NCBI GenBank assembly: GCA_000505065.1
Contig: AWSN01000001.1
Span: 559,929 to 623,928 of the forward strand
Direction: 5' to 3'
Source: Parcubacteria bacterium RAAC4_OD1_1
GTDB lineage: Bacteria > Patescibacteriota > Minisyncoccia > Phycocordibacterales > UBA9973
DNA length: 64,000 nucleotides
Below are positions 1-10,186 of the stretch, piece by piece. Both the position numbers and the translations under genes were made by a program. Each line of letters opens with the position of its first letter. Positions within the stretch are counted from its first letter, which is position 1. The notes under the pieces are model-generated. The model saw only the letters and a program-made list of their open reading frames with translations. It was not told the DNA's origin and ran no database searches.

Positions 1-914
1 AGTCCTAACTGGATAAGGTATGGCTCTATAACTTCCTCGATCGTCGATTCCTCTTCGCTTGTTGCAGCAGAAAGGGTCTTGAGCCCTACTGGGCCACCAC
101 CAAATTTACTTATTATAATATCAAGGATTCTTCTGTCGGAAGAATTAAGTCCAAGCTCGTCTATTTCAAGTAGAGCCAAAGCATTTTTTACAGCTTCTTT
201 AGTAAGTGGTAATTTGTGTACTTGAGCGTAGTCACGACATCTTTTTAGAAAATAGTTTGCTGTTCTTGGTGTAAACCTTGCTCTTTTAGATATTTCATCT
301 AGTGCTTCTTCATTTAACTCTACACCCAAAATTTTTGCAGAACGAGCAAGGATTTTTTTTATTTGTTCATTATTATAAAATTCAAGCCTGAAAACTCCAC
401 CAGAAAATCTGGATCGAAGAGGAGATGAAAGTAATGCTATGCGGGTTGTTGCTGCGATGAGTGTGAAAGGGGGGAGTTCTAGTTGTATGGTGCGAGCAGA
501 AGGTCCCTTACCAATAATTATATCTAAAACTCCAGACTCCATTGCGGGGTATAGTATTTCTTCTACCATTTTATTAAGTCTATGTATTTCGTCTATAAAA
601 ACAATATCCCCTGGAGATAGGTTTGTGAGTATTGAAGCTAGGTCCCCAACTTTTTCTATGGCTGGACCAGATGTTATTTTTATCTGTCTTTTTGTTTCTT
701 TTGCTATTAAATGAGCAAGTGTTGTTTTTCCAAGCCCTGGTGGTCCATAAAAAAGGATATGCTCAGCGGGGTGAGAGCGTTCTTCGGCTGCTTGAAGGAG
801 GATTTTTAGGTTTTGTTTGATATTATCTTGACCAATATATTCATCCCAATTACTAGGACGTAATGTTTGGTCTAAAAACCCCTCATCTTTAGTTGTGTTT
901 TTAGTGCTTGACAT
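1..914 (-). CDS. ruvB: Holliday junction branch-migration ATPase RuvB (C-terminus runs off the window start)
   Basis: Hand translation of minus strand from ATG at 914: MSSTKNTTKDEGFLDQTLRPSNWDEYIGQDNIKQNLKILLQAAEERSHPAEHILFYGPPGLGKTTLAHLIAKE...; Walker A GPPGLGKTT and overall RuvB architecture. Absent from ORF track because it is open at the window edge. Confidence 0.85.
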   Translation of the reverse strand, partial: MSSTKNTTKDEGFLDQTLRPSNWDEYIGQDNIKQNLKILLQAAEERSHPAEHILFYGPPGLGKTTLAHLIAKETKRQIKITSGPAIEKVGDLASILTNLSPGDIVFIDEIHRLNKMVEEILYPAMESGVLDIIIGKGPSARTIQLELPPFTLIAATTRIALLSSPLRSRFSGGVFRLEFYNNEQIKKILARSAKILGVELNEEALDEISKRARFTPRTANYFLKRCRDYAQVHKLPLTKEAVKNALALLEIDELGLNSSDRRILDIIISKFGGGPVGLKTLSAATSEEESTIEEVIEPYLIQLG

Positions 915-983
915 TATTATTTAAATATGCTATATTCTCACTAACAGTTTATTAACACAGACATTATAGCATTTTTAACGAAT

Positions 984-1049
984 CCCCACACCTATATTTT
1001 TATAGTCGTAAACAACGCAGTATTCTGCAATAAAAATATGGGTGTGGGG
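984..1049. repeat. 20-bp inverted repeat tccccacacctatattttta / taaaaatatgggtgtgggga in ruvB-pilB intergenic region; carries the recurring GGGTGTGGGG motif
   Basis: Arms at 984-1000 and 1033-1049 are reverse complements with 1 mismatch; same motif recurs at 12233-12463 and 41884-41900. Confidence 0.6.
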
Positions 1050-1220
1050 ACGAAGAGAACATAAATCTCTAAGCAATCGGCCACGTGCTCTATATATGTG
1101 CGTAGGACGCCCTGGTTTCCTTTTGGTCTACTGGGACTATCCTGTAATCATATGTTACTTTATAAGTTTTATATTTATAAAGGAGTGTTTAGAGATTTAT
1201 GTTTTTTTCTTGCCTTTATG

Positions 1221-1260
1221 AAGAATAAAAAGTCGCCAAATTGGCGACTTTTTATTCTTC
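1221..1260. terminator. Bidirectional rho-independent terminator (40-nt perfect palindrome gaagaataaaaagtcgccaaattggcgactttttattcttc)
   Basis: GC stem agtcgcc/ggcgact flanked by A and T runs, directly after pilB stop. Confidence 0.7.
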
Positions 1261-2979
1261 ATAAAGATCTACAACACTAGCTACTTCATCATAAGAAGTA
1301 ATTCCTTTTAATATTTTTACTACCCCGTCTTCTTTCATATCCAAGTAGCCCTGCTTTTTTGCAATTTCTTTAATTTCTCTTTCGCTTGGGTTGTTTGGAA
1401 TTATTTTTTCTATTCCAGCATTGTTGTCTATTGCTTCAAATATTCCCATTCTTCCAGAAAATCCTGTCATATTACATTTTTCACAACCAACAGGTTCAAA
1501 TATTTTTATTTCATCTGTGTCTTTTGTGTTTACTCCATAGTTTGTAAAATCTTTACCATACTCTTTAGCTTCAGCCCAAATTTTTTTTATTGTTTTAAGT
1601 TCTTTTTCGTTTGGAGTTTTTTCTTTTTTGCAATGTACACAAAGTTTCCTTACAAGTCTTTGTGCTATTGAAAGAGATAAAGCTGAAACTAAAATTTTTG
1701 GATTTACATCTAGGTCTATAAGTCTAGGGATTACTCCAGCAGCATTGTTTGTGTGAAGTGTCGAGAAGACAAGGTGCCCAGTAAGAGCGGACTCCACTGC
1801 CGTTTTAGCTGTTTCGTTGTCTCTTATTTCTCCAACCATTATTACATCTGGGTCTTGTCTTAAGGCAGAACGAAGTCCTTCTAGGAATGTATAACCTTTT
1901 TCGTTATCAGTTTGGGTTTGAGAAATCCCATCTAGGTGGTATTCGATAGGGTCTTCAATCGTTATTATTTTTATTTCAGTTGAGTATATTCTTTGAAGAA
2001 AAGAATAAAGAGTGGTTGTCTTACCAGACCCTGTAGGACCAGTAAGAAGAATTAAACCGTTTGGTTTTTTTATTTGGTACATAAATAAATCAAAAAGTTT
2101 TGGTTCTATACCAAGATCATCAAGTTCAACTCTTATCGTTTTTGGATTAAGTATTCTTATGACAATAGACTCCCCATAAGCTCCAGGCATAATAGAAATA
2201 CGCAAGTTTATTTCAGTTCCATCAAGATATATACTAAACCGCCCATCCTGAGCGATAGAAGTGTTTGTTATTTTAAGCCCAGAAATAAGCTTGATACGAG
2301 AATTAATAAATTTATGAATATCATAACTTATATCAAGTACATTATGAAGTACTCCATCAAGGCGGAACCTCACACGCACTGCTTTTTCTTCTGGTTCAAA
2401 GTGTATATCTGAAGCATCGATAGCGATTGCTCCGGCTATTGCTGTTTCTAATATTTTAGAAGTTGTATGTATTTTATCTTCCTCGTTTTTTTCTATTTCT
2501 TTTTTAATATCTTCAATTGTTTTTATATTTTCAATTATTTTTTTAACTTCTTCTCCTGTGATGCTCACAGTTCCTACTTTTGATGATACAGCAAAAGACA
2601 TTTCTTTATATCTATCCCAAACTTTTTCAAGTGAAGAAAGAGATGCCATATAAAAATGGGGGATATAACCTTTATCTGTAAAATATTTTGTTAGTTTATC
2701 TATTGTATCTTTAGATGGAGTGCGTACTCCTACATCTAAATCTTTATCAGTTATTTTGAACGGAGCTACTTCAAGACCCCTTGCTTCTTTTTCATCTATT
2801 GATCTTATTGCGTCTATTTCTATCGGCATACCAGAAAGGTTTACTGGTGTCACACCATACTTAGCTTCAGCTAAAATTTGCACAAGATCCTCCTCTTCTT
2901 GTTTTCTGAGCTCATCTATCTCTCTTTTTTGTTTTTCTTCATCAAAATAAATCACCATATTAGTCTTATTATATCGCAC
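1252..2979 (-). CDS. pilB: Type IV pilus assembly ATPase PilB/GspE family
   Basis: 575 aa; Walker A LLTGPTGSGKTTTL, Asp box, His box, C-terminal tetracysteine (CVHCKK...CEKC); N-terminal GSPII_E-like domain. Confidence 0.9.
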   Translation of the reverse strand: MRYNKTNMVIYFDEEKQKREIDELRKQEEEDLVQILAEAKYGVTPVNLSGMPIEIDAIRSIDEKEARGLEVAPFKITDKDLDVGVRTPSKDTIDKLTKYFTDKGYIPHFYMASLSSLEKVWDRYKEMSFAVSSKVGTVSITGEEVKKIIENIKTIEDIKKEIEKNEEDKIHTTSKILETAIAGAIAIDASDIHFEPEEKAVRVRFRLDGVLHNVLDISYDIHKFINSRIKLISGLKITNTSIAQDGRFSIYLDGTEINLRISIMPGAYGESIVIRILNPKTIRVELDDLGIEPKLFDLFMYQIKKPNGLILLTGPTGSGKTTTLYSFLQRIYSTEIKIITIEDPIEYHLDGISQTQTDNEKGYTFLEGLRSALRQDPDVIMVGEIRDNETAKTAVESALTGHLVFSTLHTNNAAGVIPRLIDLDVNPKILVSALSLSIAQRLVRKLCVHCKKEKTPNEKELKTIKKIWAEAKEYGKDFTNYGVNTKDTDEIKIFEPVGCEKCNMTGFSGRMGIFEAIDNNAGIEKIIPNNPSEREIKEIAKKQGYLDMKEDGVVKILKGITSYDEVASVVDLYEE

Positions 2980-3118
2980 GAAATGGGTAAATAGATACTT
3001 GACAATTGTCTATATATATGATATCATATAGAAGAATGTCATAGAATTTAAATTGTTCTACTTTTTTCTAAGTTTACCAACTTGGATGCAGGTAGAACAA
3101 TTTAAAACTATAAAAAAA

Positions 3119-3934
3119 ATGAAAAAGTATGTATTGTTGCTCGTCGCAGTCCTTTTAATAGGATTCCGAGCAGTGTTTGGACAACCTGTTGAACAGGAAG
3201 TTATATTCGGTTCTGTTAGAACCGATGGTTATGAACATGTAACTAAAGGGGCGTTTTGGGAAAAGCGCCCTGAGTCTAAGTTAATTTATGAAGGTAAAAC
3301 CGTTGCAGGTTTTACTGCTTATAAACTTAACTCTGATCACTTCCTACGTTTTGTTGGCGGAGAACATAACCAGAATGATAAAAATTATATAATAATTCCT
3401 AAAGGGGAATTGGTATATAAAAACAATCAAACCGGTGAGATCTTTTCCGCAAAATGTGGAAATAGAATTGAATACCTTAGGCCTGTGGACAAGGTTAGAA
3501 TTATTGAGAAACAAGTAGTTTCTGTGGTTGAAGTTGAAAAAGAAGTACCGGTAGAAAAAATTGTTGAAGTTGAAAAAGAAGTATTGGTACCAGTAGAGAA
3601 AATTGTTGTTATTCAACAGCAACCTCAGATTCAACAAATGGTTCCTGTATCGATGCCTATGATGCAGAGTTATGGAGGATCAAATTTTGGCATGAGGATT
3701 AGGATAGTTGCTGGAAGTAACAGAGGTTACTATCCCCAACAACAATGCTATCCTCAGCAAAGAACATATCAAAATAATAGGTATCAACAACGCACATATA
3801 GACAACCATTTAATCGTGGTACGATGTCTGGAGGTCGTGGAGGTTATACTCAAAATCATGGTACTATGTCTGGTGGTCGTGGTGTGATGTCCGGCGGTGG
3901 TTCTGGTGGAGCTGGTGGTGGACGTGGATACTAA
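3119..3934 (+). CDS. Secreted low-complexity protein (signal peptide, (V/E/K)-rich repeats, Q-rich, C-terminal RGG/GGRGG tail)
   Basis: ORF track 3053..3934; likely start MKKYVLLLVAVLL (signal peptide) at 3119; repeats VEVEKEVPVEKIVEVEKEVLVPVEKIV; MSGGRGG repeats. Confidence 0.55.
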   Translation: MKKYVLLLVAVLLIGFRAVFGQPVEQEVIFGSVRTDGYEHVTKGAFWEKRPESKLIYEGKTVAGFTAYKLNSDHFLRFVGGEHNQNDKNYIIIPKGELVYKNNQTGEIFSAKCGNRIEYLRPVDKVRIIEKQVVSVVEVEKEVPVEKIVEVEKEVLVPVEKIVVIQQQPQIQQMVPVSMPMMQSYGGSNFGMRIRIVAGSNRGYYPQQQCYPQQRTYQNNRYQQRTYRQPFNRGTMSGGRGGYTQNHGTMSGGRGVMSGGGSGGAGGGRGY

Positions 3935-4079
3935 TGTTCTTTTAAAAATAAAGCAGTGAAAATATTTTGGAATATAGATATTACTCACTACTTTTTTAAG
4001 CCATTAACTTTATGTTGAGGGTTTAAAATTGTAAATTAAAATTATTAAACAAAGTCGTTAATTATAAATTATTAATATT

Positions 4080-6725
4080 ATGAAAAATTATATGAAAAAA
4101 ATAATAGTCGGAATGTTTGCTTTTGTTGTTCTTTTTGCAGGGCAGAGTCTTTTTGCTTCTGGTCCTTTCAATGGTCAATCTGGTGATTGTAATCCAGCAA
4201 TAGCAATAGGAGTGTATCCAAACAATATTCCAAAAGATAGTTATGGTTGTTGGACCGCGACAAGTATAAATGCAAATCCAGGTGATATTGTAAACATTGC
4301 AATGTATTATCACAATAATACAAACCAACCACTAACAAATGTTTATGGTTCTATAATCAAATCTTCTTCTGGTCCATCAAATACATTTACTTTTACAGGT
4401 AAAATGTATTCAGATCAAGGATCGCAAACAATTGGTACTGTAACTTTAAAATTAAGTAGTTCACAAACCATTTCTTATAGTTCTACACACTGGATGAAAG
4501 ATGCAAATGCTGTTAAGAGTGATACTGATACAGATGTTTTCTATAATGATGGAGGAAAGATTTATCTAGGCACAGTACAACCTGGTTGGAATTATTTTGG
4601 AGAACTTCTTGCTGTATATAAAGTTAGTCAAAACACAACCCCAGAACCCGATATCTGTACAGATCCAGATGCTACAAATTATGGAGAAATTGGTGATTGT
4701 ATAATTCCAACACCAAAATATTGCAAGATCTCTTACTTCACAATAGACGGAAAGAGTTCATCTTCAATAAATAAAGGAGATTATTCAAAATTAGAATGGG
4801 GAACAGAAAATTGTACATCGGTTAGCCTTTCAGGAACTGGGTCAGTTTCTTCTTCTAGTTCAATAAATGTCAGACCAAATTATTCTACAAGTTACACTTT
4901 GACAGCATATAGCCCAACTACAGGAAATATTACAAAAACAGTTTATGTAAATGTTGCTTCACAACCAGACAATATTTGTACAAATCCAAGTGCAACAAAC
5001 TATGGGCAAATAGGAGATTGTGTTTTTTCAAATCCAAAATATTGTCAAATAAATAATTTTTCAGCTAGTGATACATCTATAGAAAAAGGAGATACTTCGA
5101 CATTAACTTGGACTACTTCAAATTGTAATTATGTTGTACTATCTAGTTATGGACAATTAAGTGCTAATAGTAGTAAAAGTGTAAAACCTTCCTATGATAC
5201 AGTTTATACTTTAACAGCGTATGGTAATAATGGTAATGATGAAGATACTGTAAAGATTTATGTAGATGAAGGTAGTAATGACGATAACGAATGTCGTATT
5301 ACAGACTTTTCTTCTGATGATACAACTGTAGATGATGGAGACTATGTAGAATTGGAATGGGAAACAGAAAATTGTGATTATGTAAATATCGCTGGAGTTG
5401 GAAGTTATATGAATGAAAATGATAGTGAAAGAGTAAAAATGACTTCCACAAAAACATTTACTCTTAAAGCTTATGGTAAAAACGGATCAGATTCCGATAC
5501 TCTTAAGATTTATGTAGATGAAGACAATGATAATGATAATGACAATGATAATGAATGTCGTGTTGTAGATTTTTCTGCAAGCAATACTTCAGTCAAAAAA
5601 GGTGATCCTGTTGTTATAGATTGGGATACAGAAGATTGTGATTATGTAAATATTTCTGGTATTGGAAGTTATTTGAATCCAACAGATGATTATAGGTTTT
5701 ATCCACCATATACAGGTACGTATACTATAAAAGCTTATGGATATAATGGAACAGATTCTGATTCGCTTAAGGTTTATGTAAATGAAACAATTGATCCAAA
5801 TCCAATTTATGAAGTAAATTCTAGTGTTGTCACAACTGTAGCTACAAATATTACACAAAATTCTGCTTTATTAAATGGTCTTGTGACAAATTCAAATAGT
5901 ACTACAGCAAACGTTTATTTCGAATATGGTACATCTGTAAATTTGGGATCTAGAACTGGTACTAAGACAGTAAATGGCAATAGTTCATTTTCTGATTATG
6001 TTTATGGATTAAAGGCAAACACTATTTATTACTTTAGAGCAGTTTCTGAAAATAATAATGGAATTTCAAGAGGTTCTATTCAAGTATTTAGAACAATTGG
6101 AGTTACTTCTCAAACAACAAATACTATAATAAGGACTGTTGTTGAAGGTACTACTGTCGTGGGTACTGCTTCACCTGTTATACTTGAAATAAGTAATCGT
6201 TATCAATACTTAGGTATAGGTGATTTGGTGGACTACACAGTTTACTATAAGAATATTGGTAATAGCACACTAAGAAATCCAATGCTTCAAGTTGTATTAC
6301 CAAGTGGCATTACACTTTTAAATTCTTCAGCTGGAACTTTTTCAAATGAAACAAATACACTTTCAGTTCCAATTATGGATTTGAAAAAAGGGGAAGAGGG
6401 CATACTATATTTACAAGGAAGAGTAGACTCTATTCCAGACGGACTCGCACAAATAGTTACTACTGCTATATTTGTTTATACTTCTTCAAATGGAGCACAA
6501 GAGAATGCTATGGCTTATGTGCTTAATAATCCAAAGGTTATGATAGTGGGGGGTGTATCAAATAATTTAGGAGCTGCCGCATTTCTTTCAGGAGGGTTTG
6601 TAAATATTGGTTTTATAGGATGGTTACTTATCGTTCTTATAATTCTTCTTATGGTTTTAGTCGCAAGATTATTCTTTAGAGACAGAACTGTAGTTTATAC
6701 ACCTTCAAATCATAATAGTCACTAA
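4080..6725 (+). CDS. Large cell-surface protein: signal peptide, 4 tandem ~95-aa Cys-bounded repeats, FN3-like and DUF11-like domains, C-terminal TM anchor
   Basis: 881 aa; repeats starting ICTDPDATNYGEIGDC / ICTNPSATNYGQIGDC / ECRITDFSSDD / ECRVVDFSASN each ending TLTAY/TLKAY; (DN)n linker; C-terminal helix IGFIGWLLIVLIILLMVLV. Confidence 0.7.
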   Translation: MKNYMKKIIVGMFAFVVLFAGQSLFASGPFNGQSGDCNPAIAIGVYPNNIPKDSYGCWTATSINANPGDIVNIAMYYHNNTNQPLTNVYGSIIKSSSGPSNTFTFTGKMYSDQGSQTIGTVTLKLSSSQTISYSSTHWMKDANAVKSDTDTDVFYNDGGKIYLGTVQPGWNYFGELLAVYKVSQNTTPEPDICTDPDATNYGEIGDCIIPTPKYCKISYFTIDGKSSSSINKGDYSKLEWGTENCTSVSLSGTGSVSSSSSINVRPNYSTSYTLTAYSPTTGNITKTVYVNVASQPDNICTNPSATNYGQIGDCVFSNPKYCQINNFSASDTSIEKGDTSTLTWTTSNCNYVVLSSYGQLSANSSKSVKPSYDTVYTLTAYGNNGNDEDTVKIYVDEGSNDDNECRITDFSSDDTTVDDGDYVELEWETENCDYVNIAGVGSYMNENDSERVKMTSTKTFTLKAYGKNGSDSDTLKIYVDEDNDNDNDNDNECRVVDFSASNTSVKKGDPVVIDWDTEDCDYVNISGIGSYLNPTDDYRFYPPYTGTYTIKAYGYNGTDSDSLKVYVNETIDPNPIYEVNSSVVTTVATNITQNSALLNGLVTNSNSTTANVYFEYGTSVNLGSRTGTKTVNGNSSFSDYVYGLKANTIYYFRAVSENNNGISRGSIQVFRTIGVTSQTTNTIIRTVVEGTTVVGTASPVILEISNRYQYLGIGDLVDYTVYYKNIGNSTLRNPMLQVVLPSGITLLNSSAGTFSNETNTLSVPIMDLKKGEEGILYLQGRVDSIPDGLAQIVTTAIFVYTSSNGAQENAMAYVLNNPKVMIVGGVSNNLGAAAFLSGGFVNIGFIGWLLIVLIILLMVLVARLFFRDRTVVYTPSNHNSH

Positions 6726-6742
6726 AATTAAAAAATAAAATA

Positions 6743-6782
6743 AATCCCCCCGTTTAGAGATTAGTCTCGGCGGGGGGATTTA
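6743..6782 (+). terminator. Rho-independent terminator (aaatccccccg...cggggggattt)
   Basis: 8-bp G/C stem followed by T-rich tract directly after the 881-aa ORF. Confidence 0.7.
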
Positions 6783-6798
6783 TGCTAATATAAAGATT

Positions 6799-7233
6799 AT
6801 GAAAATAGAGTTTGAATTAAAAGACATAAATATAATTACAGAAAATATATTAGAAAAAATAGAAAAACTTAGAAGCCCTAATAAAGCCACAGTACTTCTT
6901 TTTTATGGTGATTTAGGTGCAGGGAAAACTACTATTTCAAAAACTTTAGCAAAAAAGCTTGGTGTTAGAGAAAAAGTTTTATCTCCTACTTTTGTAATTA
7001 TGAAAAAATATAAAACTAAACACAAATATTTTAAGAATTTGATTCACATAGATGCATATCGATTAGAAAAAGGAGAAGAACTCATTAAGCTTGGATTTAA
7101 AGATTGGGTTTTAGAAGAAGACAATCTTATTATAATAGAATGGCCAGAAAATGTATCAAATATTTTAAATAATAAATTTTTGAAAATTTTTCTTAAGCAC
7201 AAAGATGACAAAACTAGATTAATAGAATTTTAA
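6799..7233 (+). CDS. tsaE: tRNA threonylcarbamoyladenosine biosynthesis protein TsaE (YjeE)
   Basis: 144 aa; P-loop GDLGAGKTT, SPTF and HIDAYRL motifs. Confidence 0.8.
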   Translation: MKIEFELKDINIITENILEKIEKLRSPNKATVLLFYGDLGAGKTTISKTLAKKLGVREKVLSPTFVIMKKYKTKHKYFKNLIHIDAYRLEKGEELIKLGFKDWVLEEDNLIIIEWPENVSNILNNKFLKIFLKHKDDKTRLIEF

Positions 7234-7244
7234 TAAAAATATTT

Positions 7245-7697
7245 ATGTATATATTATATGCATTGGCTGGAGCTGTGTTTGCGAGTTTGGGGACAATTTT
7301 TGCAAAGCTTGGACTTAAGGGGGTGGACTCAAATTTACTCACAGTTATAAGGGGTATTGTGATGGCTATTGTGGTTTTAGTGGTCGCTTTTTCTATGGGC
7401 AAAGTTTCAGCTTCTTCGTTGTCTTCTTTGAGTACAAGGCAATGGATTTTTGTAATTCTTTCAGGTCTTGGTGGGGCACTTTCTTGGCTCTTTTTCTATT
7501 ATGCTTTATCTGTTGGTCCCACAGTTCCTGTGACAGTTATAGACAAGCTTTCAATTGTGATTACTGCAATTTTAGCTGTAATAATTCTTTCCGAGAAATT
7601 AAATTTCCAATCAATAATTGGTCTAGTTCTTGTTTTTACAGGGACACTTTTAGTGGCTATTCCTTTTGAAAAAATTATTGCTTTCTTTAAGCACTAA
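7245..7697 (+). CDS. Small EamA/DMT-like membrane transporter (half-size)
   Basis: 150 aa, 4-5 predicted TM helices, EamA-like hydrophobic pattern. Confidence 0.45.
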   Translation: MYILYALAGAVFASLGTIFAKLGLKGVDSNLLTVIRGIVMAIVVLVVAFSMGKVSASSLSSLSTRQWIFVILSGLGGALSWLFFYYALSVGPTVPVTVIDKLSIVITAILAVIILSEKLNFQSIIGLVLVFTGTLLVAIPFEKIIAFFKH

Positions 7698-7699
7698 TC

Positions 7700-7730
7700 A
7701 AAACTGTCCAGGCAAGGCCTGGACAGTTTT
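7700..7730 (+). terminator. Rho-independent terminator (aaaactgtccagg caa ggcctggacagtttt)
   Basis: Perfect 10-bp stem plus T tract. Confidence 0.7.
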
Positions 7731-7774
7731 GATTTGAAAGTATAAATAAACTTTTGTTGTGATATAATTATAGG

Positions 7775-10150
7775 GTGAAAAAAGAAACTCACAATAAAAA
7801 TAAATGTGTAGTTTTGCTTGATGCTCATGCCATAATTCACCGGGCTTATCATGCACTGCCTTCATTTGTAAATAGTAATGGTGAGCCTACTGGGGCTATC
7901 TATGGTCTTTCTACAATGCTTTTTAAGATTATAACTGAACTTAAGCCGGATTATATTATAGCTTGTTATGATCTTCCTAAAAAAACTTTTCGTCATATTG
8001 CTTACGCAGATTATAAAGCAGGCAGAGCAAAAGCTGATGAAAATTTAGTTTCTCAGCTTATTAGTTCGCGTGAATTATTTTCTGCTTTTTCTATCCCTAT
8101 TTATGAAAAAGAAGGATTTGAGGCAGACGACATCCTGGGTACAATTGGAGAAAGACTAAAGTCCACATCCGGGGTAGATACGATAATTGCATCAGGAGAT
8201 ATGGATACTCTTCAGCTTGTAAATAATGATAAAGTGAGAGTTTATACTTTGAAGAAAGGTATAAATGATACGATTATTTATAATGAAAAATCTGTGATGG
8301 AAAGATTTGGTTTTGCTCCAAAATATTTACCAGATTATAAAGGGCTTCGAGGTGATCCATCTGACAATATCATTGGGGTTAAGGGTATAGGAGAAAAAAC
8401 AGCAATGACTTTGATTTCCAAATACCACACTATTGAAAATTTATACAAAGAAATAAAATCAAACCCTGTTGGTTTGGGTGTAAGTGAAAGGATTTTAAAT
8501 ATATTAAAAGAAGGTGAAGATGAAGCTGTTTTTTCGAAAACTTTGGCGACAATAAGGCGAGATGCTCCTATAGAATTTTCTTTACCAGAAAATTTTTGGA
8601 AAGATTCTGTTTCTAAAGAAAAAGTTCTTGATTTTTTTAGAAAGATGGAATTTAGAAGTTTACCTAATAGATTTTTGTCCATTCTAAATGGAGGTGATAT
8701 AGAAATAAAAAATAAAATAAATACAAATATAAAAACAGAAGACAGTTTCCTTTTAGAAAAAGCCCGGATTGCTTATTGGTTGCTTGATTCTGAAAGAACA
8801 AACGCTAAAGAAGATGAAGTTATTTCTTATAAAGGAAGTACTTCTTTGGAAGAAGCAATAGAAAAATTGGAAGAAGATATAAAAAAAGAAGATTTAAGTT
8901 ATGTTTATAATGAAATAGAAATACCAGTTATAAATATAATAAAAAAAATGGAAGAAAATGGTATTTTGATAGATAAAAATTATATTAAAAAATTAGGAGA
9001 AGAATACCATAAAGATTTAAATATTTTAGAAAAAGAAATTTGGCAAATGTCCGGTATGGAATTCAATATTAATTCCCCAAAACAATTAGGAGAAGTTCTT
9101 TTTGATAAAATTGGTCTTAGTGCGAAAGGGCTTAAGAAAAGTAAGGGTGGTGCCAGATCTACAAGAGAAAGTGAACTTGAAAAATTGAAAGACATACATC
9201 CTATTATTGGTGAAATATTGAAATATCGAGAATTTCAGAAATTACTTTCAACTTATATAGACAATATTCCTAAACTAATAGGTAAGGATGGTCGTCTTCA
9301 TGCAAATTTTATTCAGACTGGAACGACCACAGGAAGATTTTCTTCGACAGAGCCAAATTTACAAAATATTCCTATTAAAACAGAAAAAGGTAAAAATATT
9401 AGAAATGCTTTTATTGCAGAGAAGGGATATAAATTAGTTTCTTTTGATTATTCTCAGGTGGAACTTCGTGTCGCTGCTTTGATGTCTCAGGATTCTTACT
9501 TTATTAAATCTTTTAAAGAAGGTAAAGATATTCATAGTGCTGTCGCAATGAAGGTTTTCAATGTGGATGAGAACGGTCTTACTCCTGAAATGAGAAGACG
9601 TGCTAAGGTTATTAATTTTGGTATTTTATATGGGATGGGGGTGAATGCTTTACGTGAGAATTTAGGTGGGGAAAGGAGTGAGGCTCAAACTTTTTATGAT
9701 AATTATTTTAAAGAATTTCCTACCATTGCTTCTTATTTAGAAAGTATTAAAGAATTTGCAAAGAAAAATGGTTATACAAAAACTTTATTTGGAAGAAAAA
9801 GGTATTTTAGAGGTATTAAATCCCAACTTCCTTTTATAAGAGCAATGAATGAAAGAATGGCCATCAATGCTCCTATACAAGGGACTGCTACAGCTGATAT
9901 TATAAAAATTGGTATGAAAAAAGCTGATGAAGCTATAAAAGGAAAAGGTCTATCTTCTTATGTTAGAGTGTTGCTTCAAATTCATGATGAGCTTATTTTT
10001 GAAGTAAAAGAAGAAAAAGTCTTGGAATTTATAGATATAATAAAAAATGAAATGGAAAATGTGATCCCAAAAGAATTTTTAAAAGATTTAGAATCTGTAC
10101 CCCTTGTAGTATCTGCTTCTTATGGAGCTAATTGGGGTGAGCTCAAATAG
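7775..10150 (+). CDS. polA: DNA polymerase I (5'-3' exonuclease + polymerase domains; compact, 3'-5' exo domain reduced)
   Basis: 791 aa; N-terminal VLLDAHAIIHRAYHALP (FEN-like), motif A DYSQVELRVAA, motif B RRRAKVINFGILYGMG, motif C QIHDELIFEV. Confidence 0.9.
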   Translation: MKKETHNKNKCVVLLDAHAIIHRAYHALPSFVNSNGEPTGAIYGLSTMLFKIITELKPDYIIACYDLPKKTFRHIAYADYKAGRAKADENLVSQLISSRELFSAFSIPIYEKEGFEADDILGTIGERLKSTSGVDTIIASGDMDTLQLVNNDKVRVYTLKKGINDTIIYNEKSVMERFGFAPKYLPDYKGLRGDPSDNIIGVKGIGEKTAMTLISKYHTIENLYKEIKSNPVGLGVSERILNILKEGEDEAVFSKTLATIRRDAPIEFSLPENFWKDSVSKEKVLDFFRKMEFRSLPNRFLSILNGGDIEIKNKINTNIKTEDSFLLEKARIAYWLLDSERTNAKEDEVISYKGSTSLEEAIEKLEEDIKKEDLSYVYNEIEIPVINIIKKMEENGILIDKNYIKKLGEEYHKDLNILEKEIWQMSGMEFNINSPKQLGEVLFDKIGLSAKGLKKSKGGARSTRESELEKLKDIHPIIGEILKYREFQKLLSTYIDNIPKLIGKDGRLHANFIQTGTTTGRFSSTEPNLQNIPIKTEKGKNIRNAFIAEKGYKLVSFDYSQVELRVAALMSQDSYFIKSFKEGKDIHSAVAMKVFNVDENGLTPEMRRRAKVINFGILYGMGVNALRENLGGERSEAQTFYDNYFKEFPTIASYLESIKEFAKKNGYTKTLFGRKRYFRGIKSQLPFIRAMNERMAINAPIQGTATADIIKIGMKKADEAIKGKGLSSYVRVLLQIHDELIFEVKEEKVLEFIDIIKNEMENVIPKEFLKDLESVPLVVSASYGANWGELK

Positions 10151-10186
10151 TAGCATAAAATTATTGAGAGTGATAAAATTATAATT

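Noticed and set aside
3344-4328. Antisense or overlapping ORFs 3344..3637(-), 3680..3988(-), 4062..4328(-)
   Set aside because: They lie inside or antisense to the well-supported 3119..3934 and 4080..6725 genes. Their translations are low-complexity (N/F/Y-rich), typical of AT-rich antisense frames.
5521-5560. gacaatgataatgataatgacaatgataat repeat, considered as CRISPR or tandem non-coding repeat
   Set aside because: It is in-frame coding sequence (DNDNDNDN linker) inside the 881-aa surface protein. It has no spacer-repeat structure.
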